Part shown: piece after piece, positions 26,880 to 40,600 of the stretch
Position numbering within the stretch: the stretch's first letter is position 1
Layout: each line of letters begins with the position of its first letter
Source: an uncultured Acidobacteriota bacterium
GTDB lineage: Bacteria; Acidobacteriota; Polarisedimenticolia; J045
NCBI GenBank assembly: GCA_964420365.1
Contig: CAYQTA010000077.1
Coordinates: 13,070 to 77,069 of the forward strand
DNA: 64,000 nucleotides
Direction: 5' to 3'
Translations under genes and position numbers: made by a program
The notes under the pieces: model-generated
Seen by the model: the letters and a program-made list of their open reading frames with translations, nothing else
Told to the model about the DNA's origin: nothing
Database searches by the model: none

Positions 26880-28115
26880 TCAGTTCCGACGGAGAGCCTC
26901 GATCGGGTCGAGACGGGCCGCCCGCAGCGCCGGGTACAGCCCGAAGACGACGCCGACCAGGGTGCAGACGAACACGGCGGCGAGGGGCGCCACCCAGGAC
27001 CAGGCGAGGGGCCAACCGGACCAGGCGGAGATTCCCCAGGCGAGGACGAACCCGAGGCCGATCCCCAGGATTCCCCCGGCGAGGGAGATGCCGAGCGCCT
27101 CGACGAGGAACTGCCCGAGGATGTCCGACCGGCGTGCCCCGACCGCCCGCCGGATCCCGATCTCGGGGGTCCGCTCGAGCACGTTCGCCAGCATGATGTT
27201 CATGATCCCGATGCCACCGACGAGCAGGGAGATGCCGGCGATCGCCGCCATCACGACATCGAAGATCCGCCGGGTCCTCCGGTGGCGGGCCAGCAGTTCC
27301 TCGGGAAGTACGAGCCGCCAGTCCTCCACGTCCCGGTGCCGCTGGCGCAGCAGGCGGGCGAGGGCGCGGGCCGCCGGCCGCACCGGGCCCGTTCCCCCGA
27401 TCTCCACGCGGAAGACGTCGATCTCTTCCTCGAGGGGCTGAAAGCGGAAGACCTCCCGGGCCGTCGACAGGGGAACGTAGACCCGGTGCGACGGGCTCTC
27501 GAGGGGCACGCCCTCGAACTCCTGCTTCCCCAGCTCCCGGTCGGCCAGCAGGCCGACGACCCGGAACCACTGGTGGTTGACCCGGACCGGTCGGCCGAGC
27601 GGATCGAGCTCGCCGAACAGCTCCCGGGCGGCACGGGACCCGAGAACGGCGACGGCCCGGCGTTCCCGCTCGTCGTCCTCGTCGAGGAGCCTTCCGCGGG
27701 CGGCCCGCAGGTGCCCCATCGGGAACCACCCCGGGGTGACGCCCAGGACCTCGGCCTCCGAGTCCCCACCCTCCGCGTGCAGGGAGTACACGCTGATCCG
27801 CTTCGCCGCGGCGCTTCCGATCGCCCGCGGCAGCACCTCGACGGCCACCGCGAGATCGTGGAGGGAGAGACCGATCGAGTCCTTCCGGATCTCGCGCAAC
27901 CGGTCCTCCGGCTGGGGCACCGCTTCCACCCGGATCGTCCGCAGGCCCAGGGTCTCGATCGCACGAAGGGCCTCCCGCCGCGCCCCCTCTCCCACGGCGA
28001 GCATGCTGACCACGGCGCCCACCCCGAAGATCATCCCGAGCAGCGTGAGGAACGTGCGGAGCCGGTGGTGCCGGAACTCCTCGAAGGCCTCCAGGACACC
28101 GGTGCGCCAGTCCAT
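26880..28115 (-). CDS. ABC transporter permease, FtsX/MacB/LolCE family (large periplasmic loop, 4 TM)
   Basis: MacB_PCD-like periplasmic domain after TM1, C-terminal FtsX-like helices GIGIMNIMLANVLERTPEIGIRRAVGA; ATG shares one nt with upstream stop (TGATG). Confidence 0.8.
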   Translation of the reverse strand: MDWRTGVLEAFEEFRHHRLRTFLTLLGMIFGVGAVVSMLAVGEGARREALRAIETLGLRTIRVEAVPQPEDRLREIRKDSIGLSLHDLAVAVEVLPRAIGSAAAKRISVYSLHAEGGDSEAEVLGVTPGWFPMGHLRAARGRLLDEDDERERRAVAVLGSRAARELFGELDPLGRPVRVNHQWFRVVGLLADRELGKQEFEGVPLESPSHRVYVPLSTAREVFRFQPLEEEIDVFRVEIGGTGPVRPAARALARLLRQRHRDVEDWRLVLPEELLARHRRTRRIFDVVMAAIAGISLLVGGIGIMNIMLANVLERTPEIGIRRAVGARRSDILGQFLVEALGISLAGGILGIGLGFVLAWGISAWSGWPLAWSWVAPLAAVFVCTLVGVVFGLYPALRAARLDPIEALRRN

Positions 28116-29329
28116 CACCGGCCCTCCTCGTCCGGGTCGGCGAGGGCGATCACCTCCCCTTCCCGCAGGCCGTCGAGCACGACCGTCCGCGCGAGGCTGC
28201 TCCGCCCCGTCCGGACCTCCCGCGCCACGAAGCGGCCCCCCGGCCCACGGACCCTGGCGTACGTCTTCCCGTCCCGGACGAACAGGGCCGGCACCGGCAC
28301 GGCGATGACGTTCTCCTCGCGGGCGGCGTGGATGACGACCCGCGCCGTGCCGCCGAGGGGCAGCGCGGCGGGGTCCGGGTCCTCGATCGCCAGCTCCACC
28401 TGGAAGTAACGCACCGGCGAACGCCAGTCGATCGTGGCGGCGACGGTGCCGACCGAGGCGACCCGCGCGGCGAACGAGCGCCCGGGTGCGGCCCCGGGGA
28501 ACACGTCCGCCGGCTGGCCCTTCTCGAGCCCCCCGGCCTCCGATTCGAGCACCCAGGCCTTGACCTTGTAGCCGCCCTCCCGCGCGACGCGTCCGACCGG
28601 CGAACCGGGCCAGCGCGTGTCCCCGGGGGCCAGGCGACCGTGGCGTCCCCGGGCCCGCAGGAAGCGCCCCCCGTGGGGAGCCCGCAGGACGAGCGCCTCG
28701 CGGGCGCGCTCCAGTTGCTCGAGCCTCGTTCGCCGGGTCCGCTCCCGGAGCCGCAGGATCTCGAGTTCCTTCCCCGCCCGCTCCTCGAAGCGGGCCAGGC
28801 GCTCCGCCAGGTGCCGCCGTCGTGCCCGGAGCAGGTCGAGATCGATCCGGGCGGACAGGATCTCCTGGCGGGAGAACACCTCGGGGTCGGCGGGGGCATA
28901 GCGGCGGGTGATCTCCTCCTCCCGCTCGAGAAGGGCGATCCGCTCCCGGATCGAGCGGCGCTCGCGCTCGATCTCCCGTTCCCGCGCCCTGATCTCGAGC
29001 CCGGCCCGCCGCAGCGCCGAACGCGCGAGGAAGATCTCGCGCGCGAGGCGTCGCCCGTCGAGCCGGGCGACCACGTCCCCCTCCGCGACCCTCGTCCCGT
29101 CGGGTGCGAGCCAGGCGATCCGCTGGGAACCGTCCGCCTCCGTCGGCACGCTGACCGTCGTCGACGCCTCGGGCTCGAGGATCCCCCGCCCCTCGATCCG
29201 GATCTCGAACGTTCCCCGCTCCACCCGCCAGGTCGGGACGGCCTCCCCCTCCCGGCCCTCCCGGCACGCGCCGCCCGACAGGACCGCGAGGGCAACCGCC
29301 AGGAGCAGGAAACGGGGGCCCGCCCTCAT
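28115..29329 (-). CDS. HlyD/MacA-family periplasmic adaptor (membrane fusion protein) lipoprotein
   Basis: Signal/lipobox MRAGPRFLLLAVALAVLSGGAC; biotin-lipoyl-like, long Arg/Glu coiled coil, beta-barrel and membrane-proximal domains. Confidence 0.75.
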   Translation of the reverse strand: MRAGPRFLLLAVALAVLSGGACREGREGEAVPTWRVERGTFEIRIEGRGILEPEASTTVSVPTEADGSQRIAWLAPDGTRVAEGDVVARLDGRRLAREIFLARSALRRAGLEIRAREREIERERRSIRERIALLEREEEITRRYAPADPEVFSRQEILSARIDLDLLRARRRHLAERLARFEERAGKELEILRLRERTRRTRLEQLERAREALVLRAPHGGRFLRARGRHGRLAPGDTRWPGSPVGRVAREGGYKVKAWVLESEAGGLEKGQPADVFPGAAPGRSFAARVASVGTVAATIDWRSPVRYFQVELAIEDPDPAALPLGGTARVVIHAAREENVIAVPVPALFVRDGKTYARVRGPGGRFVAREVRTGRSSLARTVVLDGLREGEVIALADPDEEGR

Positions 29330-31273
29330 CGCGTGGCCTCCGGCCGCGGAAAGATCGTCACGGTGGCCGCCATCCCCGGACGCAACAGCTCCCGGTCCGG
29401 GTCGTCGATCGTCACGACCACGTCGAACACCCGCTCGGGAACCTCCGCGGAGCGGGCGTGGAAGACCCGGCCGACCTTTCGGACCCGTCCGTGGAAGAGC
29501 CGGTCCGGGGCCGCGTCCAGCCGGATCTCCGCCGGCAGGTCCTCCCGGACCCGGGGGGCGGCGGTCTCCGGGACGCTGGCCGCGACCTCGAGGGTCGAGA
29601 GATCGGCGATCTCGAGGACCCGCGAGCCGCGCCAGACCCGGTCGCCGACGTCGTAGTGGGAACCGTCCCAGTCCGTCACGTACGCGACGTACCCGGCCCG
29701 CGGCGCCCGCACCCGGAGCCGCTCGATGTCCCGCCGCAGGTTCGCCACCTCCCTTTCCAGGTCGGCGACCCGGGCCCGGGCGAGACCGACCCGGAGATCC
29801 CGGGCCTCTCGCTGGGTTACCTCCCGCCGCTCGAGCAGCTCCAGCTTGCGCGCCACCAGGTCCCGGTCGATCCGCAGGGCCGCGAGCTCGTTGCGGCCGC
29901 GCAGCTCTTCCGGGACGGCCAGGGCCTGGTCCAGCTTCCGGGCCTCCCCCCGGAGCTCGATCCGCTCGAGGTCGAGGGCGGCGAGCTGGTCTTCCTCCTC
30001 GAGGACCGCGGCCTCGAGCTCCTTGCGCGCGGTCTCCAGCTTCCCCGAGGCGATCTCGAGGCGGTCCCGCAGCTCCCGGTCGTCCAGGGCGAAGACCGGC
30101 TCTCCCTCCCGGACCGCCCTCCCCTCGTCGACCATCCACGTCACCGTGAACTGCCACACGCGGTGAATCCGGGGGGGAAGGACGGGCACCGCGTCCCGGG
30201 CGACGACGCGCCCGTTCCCGCGCACCGGGTCCGAAACCGCGGAACCGGCGGGGAGCACGGCCCCCGTTTCCGCTGCCCCGATCTCGCAGCGCACCCCCAT
30301 TCCCGGGCGCATCGCCGCCGGGTCCGGGTCGTCGAGGGAGAACTCCACGCGGAACCACCGCCCGTTCCCCCAGGCCCAGATCCGCTCCCCGGAAACGGCC
30401 ACGCGCTCCACCCGGCCGTGGAACATCCTCCCCGGCAGGGCGTCGAGGAGAAAGCGCGCCGGCTGCCCCGGCACGATCCTGCCGACGTCTCCCTCCCGTG
30501 CCCATCCCAGCACGTGCAGGCTGGCCGGGTCCGGGATCGTGGCCACCTCCCACCCCGTTCCGACGCGATCCCCGGGGCGCAGCCGGTGCTCCTCCCAGGG
30601 GTGCTCGCCGATCAGCACGTATCCCGCCCGCTCGGCGCGCAGTTCCAGCGCGGCGAGGTCGCGCCGGCGTTCCTCGATCTTCCGCCGCAGTTCTCCCAGC
30701 TCCAGCTCCAGCTGGGCCTTCCGGGCTTCCTCGACCAGGTCGTGGACCCGCAGCTCCAGCTCCGCCCGCCGCCGCTCGTTCTCCTTGCGCGCGGCGGCCA
30801 GGGCCGCCTTCCGGTGGGCCCATTCACCCGTCACTTCGGCCGGGACCGCGGCCTCGAGGGCGGCCTTCCGGGCCTCCGCCGTGGCCTCGGCCAGCTTGAC
30901 CTCGAGCTCGAGCCGCGACCGCCGCGACCGGACGCCGGCGAGACGCGCCTCCCGCTCCTTTTCCTCGAGGGACGCCTCCAGGTCGGCGAGGCCGTCCAGC
31001 ACGGCGCCCGGGTCGAAGCGCGCGACCACGTCCCCCGGTTCGACACGGCTTCCGTCGGCCGCCAGCCACTGGAGCTGCAGGTCGACCCAGGTGCTGGTGA
31101 TCGGGGCCAGCAGTCGCTGTCCACCGGTCGCCTCGAGCTGGCCGGTGAGCAGGAGCGGCGCTTTCACCGGGTTCGTATCCGCGGCGGCCGCACCGGGCAC
31201 GGCCGCCTCGCGCCTCGAGACGCATCCCGCCACGAGGGCCAGGAGCAGGGCGAGAACGGCCAGCCCGCGCCGG

Positions 31274-31284
<11 letters not shown>
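29326..31284 (-). CDS. tandem-duplicated HlyD-family adaptor (two complete MFP modules in one 652-aa lipoprotein)
   Basis: Lipobox LVAGC; two successive lipoyl/coiled-coil/beta-barrel units (approx aa 40-330 and 340-650); ATGA overlap with downstream MFP gene. Confidence 0.7.
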
Positions 31285-31978
<694 letters not shown>

Positions 31979-31982
31979 GTTC

Positions 31983-34615
<2,633 letters not shown>

Positions 34616-34616
<1 letters not shown>

Positions 34617-35830
34617 CAGGTCCCGAGGCGATCGAGGGCCTGGCGGACGTCCCGCTCGAGGTCCTCGTACGTCTCGCAACCGACCGCGAGGCGCACGAGG
34701 CCCGGCGTGATCCCGGTGGCCAGCAGTTCCTCCTCCGGCAGGCCGTGGTGGGTCATCGAGGCGGGATGCTCGATCAGGGTCTCGACCCCGCCGAGGCTCA
34801 CCGCCAGGGTCGCCAGGTGGACCGATTTCATCAGGGTCACGCCCGCCTCGTACCCGCCCCGGAGCTCGAAGCTGATCATCGACCCGGGACCGTCCATCTG
34901 CCGCTCGGCGAGATCGTGCTGCGGGTGGCCGGGCAGGCCGGGATAGTGAACCCGCTCCACCGCCGGGTGGGCCTCGATCACCGCGGCGAGCCTCCGGGCA
35001 TTCTCCTGGGCGGCCCGCACGCGGAGGGGCAGGGTCTTCACGCCCCGCAGGACCAGCCAGGCCTGGTGGGGATCCATGTTGGCACCGAAGCTGGACCGGG
35101 CCGCCCGGACCTTCCCGAGGGTCTCCCCGTCGCGGCAGATCACGATCCCACCGACCACGTCGGCGTGACCGTTCAGGTACTTGGTCGTCGAGTGCAGCAC
35201 GACGTGGGCCCCGTGCTCGAACGGCCGCTGGAGGACCGGCGACGCGAAGGTGTTGTCGACGACGACGGTGAGGCCGCGGGCGGCCGCGATCCGCGCCGCG
35301 CCGGCGAGGTCGACCAGCTTCAGGGTCGGGTTCGCCGGGGTCTCCAGGTAGAGCACCTTCGTCTCCGGCCGGAGCGCCGCCTCGATCTTCCCGAGATCGG
35401 ACGTGTCGACGAAGGTCGAGTCGATGCCGAACCGGGCGAGGTCCTTCTCGATCAGCAGCCGCGACGGGCCGTAGACCGTGTCCGTCCCGACCACGTGGTC
35501 CCCCGCCCGGAGCAGGGCCTGCATCACGCCGGCGATCGCTCCCATGCCCGAGGCGAAGGCGACCCCCCCGGTGCCCCCCTCCAGGGCCGCGACGCATTCC
35601 TCGAGGGCGGCGATCGTCGGGTTTCCGAGCCGCGTGTAGATGTACCCGTCCTCCTGGCCGGCGAACCGGCGGGCCCCCTGCTCTGGCGAAGAGAAGGCAA
35701 AGGTCGAGGTCTGGTAGATCGGGACCGCCACCGCCCCGTGGACCGGGTCGGGAGACTGCCCCGCGTGGATCGCCAGGGACTCGATGCCCGTCGCGCCGTG
35801 GTGGTCGGCCCGCTTCGCGTCGTCGCTCAT
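34616..35830 (-). CDS. PLP-dependent Cys/Met-metabolism enzyme (methionine gamma-lyase / O-acetylhomoserine sulfhydrylase / cystathionine gamma-synthase family)
   Basis: Family hallmarks: TRLGNPT, PLP-lysine region HSTTKYLNGHADVVGG, SLGGVETLIEHPASMTH; ATG at 35828-35830 after GAGGAG; stop overlaps rSAM start (ATGA). Confidence 0.8.
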
Positions 35831-35999
35831 CGTGGTGCTCCTCGGGAACGGGGCCCGCGGCCCCCGGGAGGGGAACGGCCGGAAGGATAACACCGGGGGG
35901 CCCGCCGGGCAGACGTGCCCCCTTGACACGGGGAGCGCGTGCGGGAAGGCTTTGCCATCCCCGCCGGGGCCCCCCGGCGAGTCCGCGAGGAGGACTACC

Positions 36000-37019
36000 G
36001 TGCGCAAGCCCGTCGTCCTGATCACCGGCGCTGCCGGCGAGATCGGTCATGCCCTGGTGACGCGCCTTTCCGACGGGGGATCCACCCCGATCGTCACCCT
36101 CGACCTCCGTCCCCTCGACGAGGATCTCGAGGCCCGGGTCACCCGGCACTTCACCGGTTCCATCCTCGACCGGAACCTGCTCGACTCGATCCTCGCCGAG
36201 TTCGCCGTCGACCGGGTGTTCCACCTCGCCGCGTTGCTCTCGACCCGCGCCGAGTTCACGCCGGTGACGGCCCACCAGGTCAACGTCGAGGGCACGCTGA
36301 ACCTCCTGGAGTTCGCCCAGCAGCAGGGCCAGAGCCACGGCCGACCGGTGCTGTTCTTCTACCCGAGCTCGATCGCCGCCTACGGCCTGCCGGACCTCGA
36401 GACCAAGGCCCGGGCGGGAAAGGTCCGCGAGGACGAGTGGAACCTCCCGGTCACGATGTACGGCTGCAACAAGCTGTACTGCGAGCACCTGGGCCGGTAC
36501 TACGCGCGCCACTACAAGCAGCTGGACGCCGAGTCCCACGCGGGGCGGGTCGACTTCCGGTCGATCCGGTTTCCCGGCCTGATCTCCGCCCTCACCGTGC
36601 CCTCGGGAGGTACCAGCGACTATGCCCCGGAAATGATCCACGCCGCCGCCCAGGGAAAACCGTACGCCTGCTTCGTCCGCCCCGACGCCCGGATCCCGTT
36701 CATGGCGATGCCCGACGCCGTCGAGGCGATCCTCGCCCTCGCCGCCGCTCCACGCGAGTCCCTGACCCGGCTCGTCTACAACATCACGGCGTTCAACCCC
36801 TCGGCCGAGGAGATCCGGGAGCTGGTCGTGGACGCCTTTCCCGGGGCGGACATCACGTTCAAGCCGGACGTCAAGCGCCAGGCTATCGTCGATTCGTGGC
36901 CCGCGGACGTGAACGACGAGGCGGCCCGGAACGACTGGGGACTCGCTCCCCGCTACGGCCTCGAGGAGGCGTTCCGCGACTACCTGATCCCGACGATTCG
37001 CCGCCGCTACGGCAAGTGA
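36000..37019 (+). CDS. NAD-dependent epimerase/dehydratase family protein (L-threonine 3-dehydrogenase-like SDR)
   Basis: GTG after GAGGAGG; Rossmann VLITGAAGEIGHALVTRL; YxxxK (YGCNKLYCE) catalytic motif. Confidence 0.7.
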   Translation: MRKPVVLITGAAGEIGHALVTRLSDGGSTPIVTLDLRPLDEDLEARVTRHFTGSILDRNLLDSILAEFAVDRVFHLAALLSTRAEFTPVTAHQVNVEGTLNLLEFAQQQGQSHGRPVLFFYPSSIAAYGLPDLETKARAGKVREDEWNLPVTMYGCNKLYCEHLGRYYARHYKQLDAESHAGRVDFRSIRFPGLISALTVPSGGTSDYAPEMIHAAAQGKPYACFVRPDARIPFMAMPDAVEAILALAAAPRESLTRLVYNITAFNPSAEEIRELVVDAFPGADITFKPDVKRQAIVDSWPADVNDEAARNDWGLAPRYGLEEAFRDYLIPTIRRRYGK

Positions 37020-37021
37020 GC

Positions 37022-37053
37022 GGGAGGGGAGCAGCCGGGGCCGCTCCCCTCCC
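37022..37053. terminator. bidirectional intrinsic-terminator-like hairpin between convergent genes
   Basis: Perfect 11-bp stem GGGAGGGGAGC / GCTCCCCTCCC with 10-nt loop. Confidence 0.4.
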
Positions 37054-37068
37054 TTCCCGCCGCTCCCG

Positions 37069-37854
37069 TCAGGGGATCGTGAGACAGGCGGGCCCTTCCC
37101 CCTTGCAGCAGTCCGCGGGGCCGTCCTTGCACCGTTCCGGGCAGTCGAGGCACTCGAGGTACGAGAGCATCGCCACCTGGAGCCGGACGAGGCACCCGAG
37201 GGAGAGGTGCCCGTGGTCCCGCACGCACTCGTCGTGGGCCAGGCACTCCGGCGTGCAGATCCCGGTGCAGCCCCAGCACCCCGGTCCGCAGCAGCCGAGA
37301 CAACCGGTGGCCGGGTCCGTACAGCCGCCTCCCTGCGGGTGCAGTCCGTCACTCTCCCCGTCCGCACCGCGTTCCCAGGCGGGCCCGTGGGCCCCGAGGG
37401 CGAGGACGGGAAGCGCGTCCGGTTCCAGGCCCGCGTCGACGAGGAGGAGCGGCAGGCGGCCGGCCAGCGGCCCGTCCGGGGAGGCGAGGGCGCGCCGCAC
37501 CCGGGCCAGCTCTTCCACGGAGTAGTCCCGGTCCTCGAGGACGACGCCGCCGACCCGGACCACGTGGTTCCCCGCGGCGAGGATGCCGACCCGGGAGAGC
37601 TCGCGCCGGTCGCGGTCGAGGATGACGGAGTCGAACCCGCCTCCCGGCACCGGGCAGACCCGGAACGCCACCTGCCGCCCCGCCCCGTCGGTCGCCTCCC
37701 CCTCGATGCCCCCGTCGCAGGCGGGAACGAAGCTGGCGGTGGCGTCGCCCTCCGCGACGGCGACGCCCGGGGCGACGCCGGTGACGAGGACGGCGGCCAG
37801 CAACCCGGCCGTGAGCATCCCCGGAACGGACCGTGAACGGTTCTTCCTGGACAT
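37069..37854 (-). CDS. secreted protein with Cys-rich C-terminal domain (about 22 Cys in the C-terminal 90 aa, CC and CxxC pairs)
   Basis: ATG after GGAGGGGGAG; signal peptide MSRKNRSRSVPGMLTAGLLAAVLVTGVAPGVAVA; C-terminus GGCTDPATGCLGCCGPGCWGCTGICTPECLAHDEC...CLDCPERCKDGPADCCKGEGPAC. Confidence 0.55.
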   Translation of the reverse strand: MSRKNRSRSVPGMLTAGLLAAVLVTGVAPGVAVAEGDATASFVPACDGGIEGEATDGAGRQVAFRVCPVPGGGFDSVILDRDRRELSRVGILAAGNHVVRVGGVVLEDRDYSVEELARVRRALASPDGPLAGRLPLLLVDAGLEPDALPVLALGAHGPAWERGADGESDGLHPQGGGCTDPATGCLGCCGPGCWGCTGICTPECLAHDECVRDHGHLSLGCLVRLQVAMLSYLECLDCPERCKDGPADCCKGEGPACLTIP

Positions 37855-38212
37855 GAGACTCCCCCTCCTGCCGCGAGCATCGTTCCGCGGCGATCGTGCC
37901 CGCCGCCGGCGCTGTCCCCCCTGGACCGGGCCGTCGTCGGGCGTGCGACTCGCGGGCCCCGGCAGGACCCCCGCCGGCCTCGCTGGCGGGAGCCCCGGTG
38001 ACCCGTTCCGACGATGCACGGCGGCCGCGGGGCGCGAAAGGGCCCGGGCCGGCCGGGGCGCGGTTCGCGGGGGCAGGCCTGCCCCGGGGCACGCGTGCCC
38101 CCGCCCCGCCCGTCCCGGGCCCGGGACGCGTCGCGGGCGACGCGATGGCACCCGGCCTGCGGGACGGCCATGATGACGACGCGGGTTCGGCCCCCCGGCA
38201 AGGAGCTGTCCC

Positions 38213-39451
38213 GTGAAACCCTGGTACCGTGGGCTCCCGCGCCTGCTCCGCGCCCTTCGCCGCGACCGCGGCTGGACCCTCCGTCGAGCCGTCCACGAGG
38301 CACGGCGGCTGGGCGTTCCGGTCGATCGCTCCCTGCTCCGGCGCGCCGAGACGGGCCTCGTCGTGCCCGGCCGCGTCGTGCTGCACCGCCTGGCCCTGCT
38401 CTACGGGGTCCCGGCCGCCGAGCTGGAGGAGGAGGCCTACCTGGCCGAGGCGCTGCGGGAACCGCCCCCCCTGCTCCCCGGGGAGGACCTGCTCTCCGCC
38501 CTGCGAGGAGCGCTGGCGCGGGGCCGTCACCTCGAGGTGCTCGCCCGGACCGAGGCGCTGCGGGGGACGGCGGGCGGATCGTTCTTCCCCTCCGGGAAGG
38601 AGGAGGGCGGGGCGTGGCTGGTCCGCGCGGCCGCCGCCCGGGCCCTCGGGCTCCAGGGGATCGCCCGGAGGACCCTCGAGGACGTCGCATGGCCCCCCCG
38701 CCACGGCGCGACCCGCGTGGAGGCATGCTGGCGCCTCGCGGACGAGGACCTCGAGGCGGGCGATCCGCGGGCTGCCCTCGCCCGCCTCGACACCTGCGGG
38801 AACGAGGCGAGAAAGTCGAGCGATCCCTCGGTCCATCCCCGGCACCTGGCGCGGGAAGGAAGGGCGCGCATCGCCGCCGGGCGCCGGGTCGCCGGCCTGC
38901 GCCGGCTCGACGAAGCGCGGGAGCTGGCCCGTCGCTCCGGCGACCGAGCGACCCTCGCCGAAGTACTCGCGCAGCGCGCCCTCGCCGTGGCGGGCCACGA
39001 CCCGGACGTCGCCGCGGTCCTCGCCCGGCAGGCGGTCGCGGAGGCCCGGAAGAGCGGCCACCGCGGGGCCCTCGTTCGCCGGCTCCTCGACCTTGCCACG
39101 GTCCTGCCGCGGAGGGACCCGGAGGCGAACCGGGCCCGTCTCGCGGCCCTGCGGGAAGCGGCGGAAATCGCCCGGGCGGCCCGGCTCCCCGTCGAGGAGT
39201 TCCTCGCCCTCGATCTCCTCCTCCGGACGGACGTCGGGGGCGCGGACCGTCCCGTCGGCGAGATGCACCGCCGACGGGACGCGCTCCTCTCCCGGCTCCC
39301 GTGGCACCCGCCCGCCGCCCTCCGCCGGCGGGGGGAGATCCTCGACGACGCCCGTCGCCGGGTGGAGACGGAGGATGACGCGGAAGACGACGGACCCGCC
39401 GCGCGGCCGGGGCGGGCCACGGTGGCGGCGGAGATCCCGCGCGCGTCGTGA
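38213..39451 (+). CDS. XRE-type helix-turn-helix regulator with C-terminal TPR-like/alpha-solenoid domain
   Basis: GTG after AAGGAG; N-terminal HTH LRALRRDRGWTLRRAVHEARRLGVPVDRSLLRRAETG; high GC3 bias. Confidence 0.6.
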   Translation: MKPWYRGLPRLLRALRRDRGWTLRRAVHEARRLGVPVDRSLLRRAETGLVVPGRVVLHRLALLYGVPAAELEEEAYLAEALREPPPLLPGEDLLSALRGALARGRHLEVLARTEALRGTAGGSFFPSGKEEGGAWLVRAAAARALGLQGIARRTLEDVAWPPRHGATRVEACWRLADEDLEAGDPRAALARLDTCGNEARKSSDPSVHPRHLAREGRARIAAGRRVAGLRRLDEARELARRSGDRATLAEVLAQRALAVAGHDPDVAAVLARQAVAEARKSGHRGALVRRLLDLATVLPRRDPEANRARLAALREAAEIARAARLPVEEFLALDLLLRTDVGGADRPVGEMHRRRDALLSRLPWHPPAALRRRGEILDDARRRVETEDDAEDDGPAARPGRATVAAEIPRAS

Positions 39452-39505
39452 CGCCGTGCCCCCTCCCCCGGGGAGAGACCGTCGCCTCCCTCGGCGGGAA
39501 TCCGT

Positions 39506-40600
39506 CTACGCGTTGACGAAGCGGCCGGCGCGAACCGATCCGACGAGACCGAACGCGAAGAAGGTCGCCACCATCGCGGACCCGCCGTACGAGAGGACGG
39601 GGAGCGGCACGCCGATGGTCGGCAACACCCCGGTGACCATCCCGAGGTTCACGAAGATCTCCCCGGCCCAGAGGGACCCGACCCCGACCGCGAGAAACGT
39701 CCCCAGGTGGTCCTGGGCGAGGGCTGCCGTCCGGAAGGTCCGGAGGAGGAGCGAGAGGTAGACCCCGAGGACGAACAGCACCCCGACGAACCCGGTCTCC
39801 TCCGCGATCACCGCCAGGATGAAGTCGGTCTCCCGGGCGGGCAGGAAGTCCAGGCGCGACTGGCTGCCCCGGAAGAGCCCCTTGCCGGCCACCCCGCCGG
39901 ACCCGACCGCGATCCGGGACTGGATCACCTGGTACCCGGTCCCCGACGGGTCCCGCGAGGCGTCGAAGACCGTCAGGATCCGCTCCTTCTGGTACGGCTT
40001 GAGGACGAAGAACCAGGCGACCGGTGCGGCGAGGGCGGCGACGAGGGCGAGGGAGACCAGCACGCGGGGGCGGATGCCCGCGAGCCACGCGACGCCGAGG
40101 AAGAGCGGCCCGTAGGTGAGCGCCGTCCCCAGGTCGGGCTGCAGGGCGATCAGGACGACCGGGGTGCCGACGATCAGGGCGAGCCGCACCAGGCGGCCGA
40201 AACCGAGCTTTCCCGGGGCACCCGACAGGTACGCGGCGGCCGCCAGCACGGTGATCGCCTTCATCGGTTCCGAGGGCTGGATCCGGATCGGCCCCAGCTC
40301 GAACCAGGATCGCGCGCCGGCGATCGGGCGGGCGACCAGCGGGAGGAGCGCCAGGGTGACCAGCCCCGCCCCGTAGAGGATCCAGGCGTTGTCCGCCCAG
40401 TCGTGGTAGTCGATCCGCTGGACGATCCAGTAGACGACGATCCCGAGCAGCAGCCAGGCCGCCTGGCGGGCCGCGGGCCCGGTCCACGGGTCCGGGTGGC
40501 GTGCGTGCGTCGCCGACGCCACGGCGACGACGCCGACGATCCCGAGGACGACCAGGTGAAGGAGCGTCCCGAGATCGACGTCACTTCTTTGCCAGCGCAC
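39506..40600 (-). CDS. rodA: peptidoglycan glycosyltransferase RodA (SEDS family)
   Basis: FtsW/RodA/SpoVE family 10-TM protein with conserved ETDFILAVIAEETGFVG and GVLPTIGVPLPVLSYGGSAMV motifs; last gene of mre-mrd cluster. Confidence 0.85.
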   Translation of the reverse strand: MRWQRSDVDLGTLLHLVVLGIVGVVAVASATHARHPDPWTGPAARQAAWLLLGIVVYWIVQRIDYHDWADNAWILYGAGLVTLALLPLVARPIAGARSWFELGPIRIQPSEPMKAITVLAAAAYLSGAPGKLGFGRLVRLALIVGTPVVLIALQPDLGTALTYGPLFLGVAWLAGIRPRVLVSLALVAALAAPVAWFFVLKPYQKERILTVFDASRDPSGTGYQVIQSRIAVGSGGVAGKGLFRGSQSRLDFLPARETDFILAVIAEETGFVGVLFVLGVYLSLLLRTFRTAALAQDHLGTFLAVGVGSLWAGEIFVNLGMVTGVLPTIGVPLPVLSYGGSAMVATFFAFGLVGSVRAGRFVNA

